Below, piece after piece: positions 56,317 through 64,000 of a stretch of 64,000 nucleotides of DNA. The position numbers were made by a program, and so were the translations under genes. Position 1 is the stretch's first letter. Every line of letters begins with the position of its first letter. Source of the stretch: an uncultured bacterium (GTDB lineage Bacteria > Zixibacteria > MSB-5A5 > GN15 > FEB-12); assembly GCA_965372795.1 (NCBI GenBank), contig CBDVDR010000002.1:192001-256000 (forward strand). The letters are read 5' to 3'. The notes below the pieces were generated by a model. It did not search any database, had not been told where the DNA came from, and saw only the letters and a program-made list of their open reading frames with translations.

Positions 56317-57485
56317 TGGATAGAAAAGAAGTCACTTTAAACATGGGACCTCAGCACCCGTCAACTCACGGTGTGCTGCGAGTAGTCCTTACACTTGACG
56401 GTGAGAAAGTTGTCAGAGCTGAGCCGGTTGTCGGATATCTGCATACCGGTATTGAGAAAACAATGGAAAGCAAGCTATACTACCATGCTTTACCATGTAC
56501 TGACCGGATGGATTATTTAGCTCCGATGTCCAATAATTTAGGCTTCTGTCTGGCTGTTGAAAAACTGATGGATATTGAAGTGCCTGAAAAAGTGAAATGG
56601 GCACGAGTGATTTTAGCTGAACTGACAAGAATTAAATCACATCTGGTTTGGTTGGGAACTCACGCCCTTGATCTCGGGGCAATGTCAATGCTTCTTTATA
56701 CTTTCCGTGAACGGGAATCAATCGTTGATGTTTACGAAGCCTGTGGCGGTCAGAGGATGATGACCAGTTATATTAGAATTGGCGGGCTGGCACATGAACT
56801 TCCGGTTGATTTTGATAAAAAAGTAAAACAGGTATTGAAACAGATTCCTGAAGGCTTGGCTGATTACGAAAAACTGTTAACAGGTAATGAGATTTTTATT
56901 CAACGTACTAAAAATGTTGCAATAATTTCCAAAGAAGACGCTATAAATTATTCGCTTACCGGTCCGATGCTTCGAGGCAGCGGTGTGAATTATGATCTTA
57001 GAAAAGCCAACCCTTATAGCGGTTATGAAAATTTTGATTTTGATGTCCCGCTTGGAAAAAACGGCGACGCCTGGGATCGTTATAAAATTCGTCTTGAAGA
57101 GATTCGTCAATCTTTACGGATTATTAAACAAGGCTTGGACGGCATGCCGGATGGTCCTTATCGGGCTCATGTTCCGGGTGTGGTTCTTCCGCCTAAAGAA
57201 GATATTCTATATAAAATGGAATCAATGATTTTCCATTTTAAAATTATTACTGAAGGATTCAAACCTCCGGTTGGTTCGGTATATATGCCAATCGAATCGC
57301 CCAAAGGGGAGCTTGGATTCCAAATATCGTCAGATGGCACTAATAAACCACATCGGGTAAGAGTTCGTCCGCCAAGTTTTATCAATTTGGCATCACTGGC
57401 CAAATTAGTTGAAGGACGGATGTTCTCGGATGTTGTTTGTGCTATTGGAACCGTTGATATTGTATTAGGAGAAGTTGACCGATGA
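56313..57485 (+). CDS. nuoD: NADH-quinone oxidoreductase subunit D
   Basis: GPQHPSTHGVLR, DRMDY, ESPKGE, GEVDR. Confidence 0.97.
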   Translation: MMDRKEVTLNMGPQHPSTHGVLRVVLTLDGEKVVRAEPVVGYLHTGIEKTMESKLYYHALPCTDRMDYLAPMSNNLGFCLAVEKLMDIEVPEKVKWARVILAELTRIKSHLVWLGTHALDLGAMSMLLYTFRERESIVDVYEACGGQRMMTSYIRIGGLAHELPVDFDKKVKQVLKQIPEGLADYEKLLTGNEIFIQRTKNVAIISKEDAINYSLTGPMLRGSGVNYDLRKANPYSGYENFDFDVPLGKNGDAWDRYKIRLEEIRQSLRIIKQGLDGMPDGPYRAHVPGVVLPPKEDILYKMESMIFHFKIITEGFKPPVGSVYMPIESPKGELGFQISSDGTNKPHRVRVRPPSFINLASLAKLVEGRMFSDVVCAIGTVDIVLGEVDR

Positions 57486-57958
57486 TTCTGAATGAAGAAT
57501 CAATAAAACGAATAAAAGAAAAAGCCGCTCGCTATCCGACTAAAAAGTCAGCGATATTACCGGCTATTACGATTGCCTATCGTCAGATTGGGCATCTTGA
57601 TGATGAGATATATATTGAGTTGAGTAAAGTTATTGATGTTCCGGCGGTTGATATTGCCGAAGCAGCAACTTTTTATACAATGTTCCCCAAAAAACCAACC
57701 GGTAAATATCTTTTGCAGGTTTGCAATAATATTTCATGTGCCTTAGTTGGGTCGGATTCATTAGTCGGCTATCTTGAAGATAAACTAAATATTAAAAAAG
57801 GTGAGACTACCGAAGACGGACTGTTTACTTTAATAACGGTTGAATGTCTCGGTTCATGTGCAACCGCACCGATGGTACAGGTTAATCATGATTTTGAAGA
57901 AAATCTTAACCGTGAAAAACTTGATAAAGTAATTGATGATTTGAGGGCTAAAGCCTGA
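57482..57958 (+). CDS. nuoE: NADH-quinone oxidoreductase subunit E
   Basis: ATFYTMF, CNNISC, ECLGSC..AP. Confidence 0.96.
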   Translation: MILNEESIKRIKEKAARYPTKKSAILPAITIAYRQIGHLDDEIYIELSKVIDVPAVDIAEAATFYTMFPKKPTGKYLLQVCNNISCALVGSDSLVGYLEDKLNIKKGETTEDGLFTLITVECLGSCATAPMVQVNHDFEENLNREKLDKVIDDLRAKA

Positions 57959-59292
57959 TGTTTTATTCACCGGTTAAAACAAACGCTGCTGAAGTAGCTA
58001 AGAGTGATAGACTGCATCTGTTCAAGTTTGTAGAAGATCCTAAACAGCCGGACATAGAAACCTTCATCGAGCACGGCGGCTATAAAGCCTGGGGAAAAGT
58101 GCTAAAAGAAATGAATCCCCAGCAGGTTATTGATGAAGTTAAAAATTCCGGACTGCGAGGGAGAGGCGGAGCCGGATTTCCAACCGGAATGAAATGGAAT
58201 TTTGTCCCCAAAGACTCTACCAAACCGAGATACTTGTGTTGCAATGCCGATGAATCTGAACCGGGAACCTGCAAAGACAGAGTTTTAATGGAACGCGACC
58301 CTCATGCGGTTATCGAGGGCATGGCTATCGCATCCTATGCTATCGGCTGTCATCTAATGTTTATTTATATTCGCGGTGAATTTAATCATTGCCGGGAACA
58401 GATGGAAAAAGCAATGGAAGAAGCGTATGCAAAGGGAATTCTTGGTAAAAATATTTATGGAACCGGATATGATCTTGAAATGATCGTTCATACCGGGGGC
58501 GGGGCATATATTTGCGGTGAAGAAACTTCTATGCTGAATTCAATAGAAGGACACCGGGGAATGTCACGTATTCGTCCGCCATTTCCGGCGGTTGAAGGAC
58601 TTTATGCCTGTCCGACAATTGTAAATAATGTCGAATCTTTAGTATCATGTTCCCATATTATAAACCGTGGAGCAGAGTGGTATAAAACTCTCGGAACCGA
58701 AAAATCATCCGGTTCAAAATTGTTTTCACTTTCAGGACACGTTAAACAACCCGGTAACTTTGAAGTTGAGCTTGGTTTTTCATTAAAGAAATTGATAATG
58801 GATCCTGAGTATGGCGGCGGTATTCTGGGTGATAAAAAATTAAAAGGTGTTATCCCGGGTGGCGCATCAACACCGTTTCTGACTCCTGAAACATATGATG
58901 TCAATCTTGACTATGAAGCCCTGACAGAAGTTGATTCGATGCTTGGTTCGGGAGCAATTATTGTTTTCCACGAGGACACTTGCATTGTCTGGATTATCCA
59001 ACGCCTGATACATTTTTTCCGCCACGAATCATGCGGGAAATGCACCCCTTGTCGTGAGGGAACAGGCTGGCTTGAAAGTATGATTAATCGCATTGAAGCC
59101 GGACAGGGAAAACCGGGTGATATTGAAAAGATAGATGATATTTGTGGTAATATTCTTGGTCGTACTGTCTGTCCTTTAGGAGATGCGGCGGTAATGCCGA
59201 TTCAGTCAACGATCAGATTATTCCGGGATGAATGGCAGTATCATATTGATCATGGTAAATGTAAAGTTAAAACGGAATTTCCGTTTAGTTAA
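57958..59292 (+). CDS. nuoF: NADH-quinone oxidoreductase subunit F
   Basis: GRGGAGFPTG, NADESEPG, YICGEET, ESCGKCTPCREG. Confidence 0.97.
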   Translation: MFYSPVKTNAAEVAKSDRLHLFKFVEDPKQPDIETFIEHGGYKAWGKVLKEMNPQQVIDEVKNSGLRGRGGAGFPTGMKWNFVPKDSTKPRYLCCNADESEPGTCKDRVLMERDPHAVIEGMAIASYAIGCHLMFIYIRGEFNHCREQMEKAMEEAYAKGILGKNIYGTGYDLEMIVHTGGGAYICGEETSMLNSIEGHRGMSRIRPPFPAVEGLYACPTIVNNVESLVSCSHIINRGAEWYKTLGTEKSSGSKLFSLSGHVKQPGNFEVELGFSLKKLIMDPEYGGGILGDKKLKGVIPGGASTPFLTPETYDVNLDYEALTEVDSMLGSGAIIVFHEDTCIVWIIQRLIHFFRHESCGKCTPCREGTGWLESMINRIEAGQGKPGDIEKIDDICGNILGRTVCPLGDAAVMPIQSTIRLFRDEWQYHIDHGKCKVKTEFPFS

Positions 59293-59298
59293 AAATAT

Positions 59299-61860
59299 AT
59301 GACTCAGGAAGCAAAAGAAAAGAAAGAGATTTCGGTGCCTACGGTAACATTGACAATTAATGGCAGAGAGATAACAGTCCCCAAAGGTACTACTGTTCTT
59401 GAAGCCTCACTTCAAAACGGGATTCATATCCCAACTTTTTGCTGGCATCCAAAGTTAAAGTCAGTCGGTTCCTGCCGGATGTGTTATGTTGAGATTGAAA
59501 AGATGCGTAATCTTATGGTCTCTTGCGCTACCGAAGCAACCAACGGCATGATTGTCCATACTGAGTCTGAAAAAGTTCTCCAGGGACGCAAAGCTGTAAT
59601 CGAATTTATCCTTGCCAACCATCCTCTTGATTGTCCGACCTGTGACAAAGGCGGGGAGTGTGATCTTCAGAACCAAACTTTTGAACATGGCTACGATGAT
59701 TCCCGTTTTGATTTTAGAAAACACCGTTTTGTAGATGAAAAAACAAATTCAACTTTTGATGATCTTAAAATCGGTCCTGAACTAGTTCTGAACCGCAATC
59801 GCTGTATCCTTTGTTATAAATGCGTCCGCGCCAATAAAGAGGCTTTCAACGAATATGATTTGGGTGCGTATGAACGCGGGAATATTACTGAAATCCATGC
59901 GGCTCCGGGACAAGCGGTCGATAATCCGTTCTCCGGTAATCTTGCTGAGATTTGTCCGGTTGGGGCTTTAACAAATTCGGATTGGCGTTATAAAATCAGA
60001 GTCTGGTTAACCCAGACCGTTGATGGTATTTGTAATTTCTCAAGTTCTGGCACGAACTTAAAGTATTATAAAGAAGGCCATCAGAATAAAATCTTTAGAG
60101 TCATGTCAAATCCCAAAGATGCTATTGATGACGGTTGGATTAACGATATTACCCGGTATGGATACCAAATTGTAAATTCTGCTGATCGCTTGAAAAAGCC
60201 TTTGATTAAAAAAGAAGGCAAACAGGTTGAAGTATCCTGGGATGAAGCGATTGAAGTTATTTATAAACGATTAACAGAAATTAAAGATAAGATGGGTTCG
60301 GTCTGTATTGGGGGACTAGCCTCTCCGAATCTTGATAACGCTTCTTTATATTCATTTAATAAGTTCTTCCGTAAAGTTCTCAATTCCAATAATGTTGATT
60401 TCAGAACTCACTACCGCATGTTGCCGGCAGATGAAAATTCGATCTTCTCAAGTTTAAGTTCACAAAACTTTTCAATTGCAGATATTGATGATTCTGATGT
60501 TATCGTAACCTTTGGATCTGATCTGATTCGTGAACATCAAAATGAGTATTTAAGAATTATCAAAGCAAAACAGTTTGGCAATGCTCGGGTTTATTCGATA
60601 AATCCTTATGCGATGAAATCGGCTGATGTTGCCAATTTAGAATTGATCTATAAACCGGGGTTTGATGAACAGGTAATAAACGGTATCTGTCTTTCAGCAA
60701 TTGAAGACAATCTGGTTGATTCATCAAAAGCCTCTGAGTTAAAAAATAATATTACGCCTAATAATTTAAATGAAATTTCTGAACTCTGCGGAGTGTCGGT
60801 GAATGATTTTAAAATAATTGCCAAGGCTCTTTCAGAAGGAATGAAAATTACTTTTATAATCGGTGAACTGATCGTTCGTTCTCGGGAGCGGGAAGCTATT
60901 TCTACGGCAGTATCTAATTTAAATTATCTGTTTGATTTGAATAATAAAGGACAGGTTGCGGTTCTGGCTCGCTATGCCAATACTAAAGGTGCTGAAAAAT
61001 TAGGTTTGTTGCCTCATCCTCATGCTGCTATCAAAAAAGAACTGGAATCTTCATTTGATTGTTATCCTCAATGTGAGGCTCATAACACTGACAGCATGCT
61101 GGCTTTGATGAAAAAGGAAGAGATTAGCGGTCTTGTTATTATGGGTTCAAATCCAATGATGTTATATCCTGACCGTGAATTTGTCAAAGAAGGATTAGGG
61201 AAACTTGATTTCCTTGTCGTGTGTGATCTGTTTGATTCTGAAACAACCGAGCTTGCTGATGTGGTTCTTCCGCTTTCAAGTTGGGCAGAGTATGAAGGCG
61301 ACTATGTGAATCTTGAAGGAAAAGTACAGACTTCAGGCAAAGCTATCAAACCGATTGGTGATGCAAAACCCGGTTATGATATTATAAAAATGATGGCTGA
61401 TAAATATGAAACATCAATTTTTGATTCTGATGATGATATGCAGACAGAAATAGATCAATTGTTGAAAATTGACAGCTTCATGAAATTACCTCAGGGGATA
61501 AGTGAAGTCAAAGTTGCTGAAGAAAAAATTGACGAAGGTTTTGATATTCCACTTTTTGTGAATGATGATCCACATCATAGCGGCCACTGGACTGAAAAAT
61601 CACCTTCTTTAATGAATTTTGCGGGCGAGGCGTATCTGGAACTTGCTCCTGAAATGGCAGAAAAATATAATCTGAACGAGGGCGACCCCGTCAGAGTTGA
61701 ATCACCGGTAAGTAAAATTATTGTACCGGTCAAAATTTCAGAACATCTTGAAAATGATGTTGTCCTGTTACCAAGGAATTTCTCATCAACTCATGTAACT
61801 TCATTGATGATGAGAAAAAAACGAGTCGACCGAGTAAAGCTTAGCCGGGTGGATGATTAA
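59299..61860 (+). CDS. nuoG: NADH-quinone oxidoreductase subunit G
   Basis: C..H......CRMC, HPLDCPTCDKGGEC, CILCYKC, CPVGAL; molybdopterin-oxidoreductase-like C-terminal part. Confidence 0.95.
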   Translation: MTQEAKEKKEISVPTVTLTINGREITVPKGTTVLEASLQNGIHIPTFCWHPKLKSVGSCRMCYVEIEKMRNLMVSCATEATNGMIVHTESEKVLQGRKAVIEFILANHPLDCPTCDKGGECDLQNQTFEHGYDDSRFDFRKHRFVDEKTNSTFDDLKIGPELVLNRNRCILCYKCVRANKEAFNEYDLGAYERGNITEIHAAPGQAVDNPFSGNLAEICPVGALTNSDWRYKIRVWLTQTVDGICNFSSSGTNLKYYKEGHQNKIFRVMSNPKDAIDDGWINDITRYGYQIVNSADRLKKPLIKKEGKQVEVSWDEAIEVIYKRLTEIKDKMGSVCIGGLASPNLDNASLYSFNKFFRKVLNSNNVDFRTHYRMLPADENSIFSSLSSQNFSIADIDDSDVIVTFGSDLIREHQNEYLRIIKAKQFGNARVYSINPYAMKSADVANLELIYKPGFDEQVINGICLSAIEDNLVDSSKASELKNNITPNNLNEISELCGVSVNDFKIIAKALSEGMKITFIIGELIVRSREREAISTAVSNLNYLFDLNNKGQVAVLARYANTKGAEKLGLLPHPHAAIKKELESSFDCYPQCEAHNTDSMLALMKKEEISGLVIMGSNPMMLYPDREFVKEGLGKLDFLVVCDLFDSETTELADVVLPLSSWAEYEGDYVNLEGKVQTSGKAIKPIGDAKPGYDIIKMMADKYETSIFDSDDDMQTEIDQLLKIDSFMKLPQGISEVKVAEEKIDEGFDIPLFVNDDPHHSGHWTEKSPSLMNFAGEAYLELAPEMAEKYNLNEGDPVRVESPVSKIIVPVKISEHLENDVVLLPRNFSSTHVTSLMMRKKRVDRVKLSRVDD

Positions 61861-61863
61861 GTT

Positions 61864-62865
61864 ATGTTAGAGATGATGGTCATAGCCTTTATAAAGGTAG
61901 CCTTAGTCGTTGTTGCAGTTCTCACTGGTTGTGCTTATTCGACCTGGCTCGAAAGAAAAGTTCTGGCGCGTCTTCAGCATCGGATGGGACCAACTTATGC
62001 CGGACCTTATGGGTTGATGCAGCCGATAGCGGATGGTTTAAAGTTAATCTTTAAAGAAGATATCGTTCCGAACAATGCCGAGAGAGTAACTTTTGCTCTG
62101 GCGCCGATGATATCATTTATTCCAGCTTTGCTGACTTTTGCAGTTGTTCCGTTTGGCGCTGATACTGTTATCTTTGGCCATGAAGTCAAAATGGTGCTGT
62201 CTGATTTGAATATTGGTGTTCTCTTTGTCTTTGCAGTAACATCACTCGGTATTTACGGTATCGTTCTGGCCGGCTGGTCATCCGGTTCAAAATATTCCTT
62301 AATGGGCGGATTGCGATCATCAGCACAAATGATTTCTTATGAAGTCAGCTACGGATTATCAATTATTGGAATTATCTTAATAGCAAATACATTGTCGTTA
62401 CGTGAACTTGTCGACATGCAGGCCTCGGATTCGATCTGGTTTTTCAGTAACTGGTTTATCTGGAAACAACCCTTAGGATTTTTACTTTACCTGGTCTGTG
62501 CTGTTGCCGAAACCAACCGCGCCCCATTTGATCTGCCCGAGGCAGAGTCGGAACTGGTCGCCGGTTATCACACCGAATATTCATCAATGCGATTCAGTAT
62601 GTTCTTTATCAGTGAATATGCAAATATGATTGCTGTCGCAGCGGTTGGCGTAACTCTGTTCTTCGGTGGTTGGCATGGTCCGTATCTGCCGTCGATACTC
62701 TGGTTTGTAATTAAGGTTTTCTGTTGTATGTTCTTCTTTATATGGTTAAGAGCAACGTTCCCTCGTTTGCGCTATGACCAGCTAATGAATTTTGGATGGA
62801 AAGTTTTGTTCCCGCTTGCCCTGCTGAACACCATGGTGACAGCTGCCTGGGTAATGTGGGAATAG
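61864..62865 (+). CDS. nuoH: NADH-quinone oxidoreductase subunit H
   Basis: ERK, QPIADGLK, AETNRAPFDLPEAESELVAG. Confidence 0.97.
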   Translation: MLEMMVIAFIKVALVVVAVLTGCAYSTWLERKVLARLQHRMGPTYAGPYGLMQPIADGLKLIFKEDIVPNNAERVTFALAPMISFIPALLTFAVVPFGADTVIFGHEVKMVLSDLNIGVLFVFAVTSLGIYGIVLAGWSSGSKYSLMGGLRSSAQMISYEVSYGLSIIGIILIANTLSLRELVDMQASDSIWFFSNWFIWKQPLGFLLYLVCAVAETNRAPFDLPEAESELVAGYHTEYSSMRFSMFFISEYANMIAVAAVGVTLFFGGWHGPYLPSILWFVIKVFCCMFFFIWLRATFPRLRYDQLMNFGWKVLFPLALLNTMVTAAWVMWE

Positions 62866-62887
62866 GATAAAGTGAGGCAGTAAGAGA

Positions 62888-63391
62888 ATGAAAGAAGTAA
62901 TTAAAGCAATTGGCAATGTTTTTATAAATATGCCGATTGGTATGGCAACAACTTTTAAGCATATGTTTAAAAAGCCAATTACTCTTGATTACCCAAAGAA
63001 GAAAAAACCGATGTCTCCCCGGTATCGCGGTCGTCATTATCTCGAGCGTTATGATGATGGTTCCGAGCGGTGTGTCTGTTGTGGTTTATGTGCCTCTGCC
63101 TGTCCGGCTGATGCGATTTATATGGAGCCGGAGGAGAATGAAAAAGGGGAGAGAAAAGCTAAGATTTATGAAATAAATCTTCTGCGTTGTATCTACTGTG
63201 GATTATGTGAAGAAGCCTGTCCTGAAGAAGCAATCTTTCTGGGTCAGGATTATGAATTTGCTGATTCCACACGCGATGCTTTTATTTGGAAAAAAGAACA
63301 AATGCTGGTTAAGCATCCAAGAAAAGAAAATCCTCTTAAAAAAATATATCGTCGTATAAGAAAAGTTTATGGAGTCCCGGATAGAAACTAA
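62888..63391 (+). CDS. nuoI: NADH-quinone oxidoreductase subunit I
   Basis: Two CxxCxxCxxxCP motifs; RYRG. Confidence 0.96.
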   Translation: MKEVIKAIGNVFINMPIGMATTFKHMFKKPITLDYPKKKKPMSPRYRGRHYLERYDDGSERCVCCGLCASACPADAIYMEPEENEKGERKAKIYEINLLRCIYCGLCEEACPEEAIFLGQDYEFADSTRDAFIWKKEQMLVKHPRKENPLKKIYRRIRKVYGVPDRN

Positions 63392-63972
63392 TGAATTTAG
63401 ATATTATTATATTTGTGATCTCTGCTGTTGTAGCTGTCTTTGGAGCTACAATGATGATCTTTCAGCGTAACCCGATAGCATCGGTTTTATACCTGATTGT
63501 ATCCTTAGTTGCCCAAGCGGTTTTATATGTACAGCTCGGCGCCCTGTTTATGGGGGCGATGCTGATTATTGTATATGCCGGTGCAATTATGGTTTTATTC
63601 TTGTTTGTAATAATGATGCTGAATCTCAGGGGTGGGGAAGACCTCGGAGAATCATCACCGCCAATTAGTAGATTTACTAAATATGTTGTTTCATTACTAA
63701 TCTTTTTTGAGATGGTATTTATTATTCGAAATGGTTTTTTATCAAATGCTTTTGCACCCGGAATGATGCAGGAAGCGACAACCGATTTTGGAACAGTGGA
63801 ACCAATCGCAACATTATTATTTACACGATATCTATATCCGTTTGAATTAACCTCAATTCTGTTACTGGCTGCTATTGTCGGCGCCGTTGTGCTGGCCAAG
63901 CGCGAATCTGCCGAGGAGCTTCAAACGAGTATTGATGAACAGACCGAAGTTAATAAAGAGGAACAAAAATAA
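63391..63972 (+). CDS. nuoJ: NADH-quinone oxidoreductase subunit J
   Basis: VYAGAIMVLFLFVIMML, PFE..S.LLL.A.VGA. Confidence 0.96.
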   Translation: MNLDIIIFVISAVVAVFGATMMIFQRNPIASVLYLIVSLVAQAVLYVQLGALFMGAMLIIVYAGAIMVLFLFVIMMLNLRGGEDLGESSPPISRFTKYVVSLLIFFEMVFIIRNGFLSNAFAPGMMQEATTDFGTVEPIATLLFTRYLYPFELTSILLLAAIVGAVVLAKRESAEELQTSIDEQTEVNKEEQK

Positions 63973-63974
63973 TT

Positions 63975-64000
63975 ATGGTTCCTATCTCTGCATATTTAAT
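63975..64000 (+). CDS. nuoK: Start of NADH-quinone oxidoreductase subunit K (truncated)
   Basis: ATG just after nuoJ reading MVPISAYL; expected gene order. Confidence 0.7.

Noticed and set aside
1..64000. Genome-wide UGA reassignment, CRISPR arrays, tRNA/rRNA genes, prophage or transposase genes
   Set aside because: TGA ends many genes at their expected C-termini (gltX, nuoC, nuoD, nuoE) and Trp is encoded by TGG; no spaced repeats, RNA genes or mobile-element proteins were seen.

Overview
AT-rich, gene-dense bacterial chromosomal window with no rRNA, tRNA, CRISPR array or transposase that I could see. Gene content suggests a diderm, anaerobic or facultative organism of an FCB-adjacent candidate lineage, possibly Zixibacteria-like (inference only). 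In order, it contains: (1) a tandemly duplicated four-gene module of uncharacterised membrane proteins (1-6549); (2) an intergenic region with a 15-bp inverted repeat pair and a structured segment; (3) a small basic orphan, ppdK with a Lys/Ala-rich N-terminal tail, ADP-forming acyl-CoA synthetase and gltX; (4) an oxidative-stress cluster with a ferritin-like protein, an unannotated rubredoxin-like ORF, a Cys peroxiredoxin, a peroxiredoxin with in-frame UGA at the catalytic position plus a SECIS-like hairpin (probable selenoprotein), an FNR-type reductase and nadA; (5) E2 acyltransferase, lipB and a FabL-like SDR; (6) a MacAB-type ABC exporter, a complete Rrf2-suf operon and mntP; (7) an iorAB-buk-ptb-ptb operon with a Rex-like operator; (8) a long mixed operon (manC, SPOR lipoprotein, tsaC, LMW phosphatase, ftcd, secreted metalloprotease, ECF S component, TonB-receptor-like barrel); (9) HD, MFS and PHP genes plus a small protein resembling eukaryotic phosphohistidine phosphatase (Janus/Ocnus); (10) nuoA-K, truncated by the window edge. 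All family calls come from motif recognition by eye; no database search was run.
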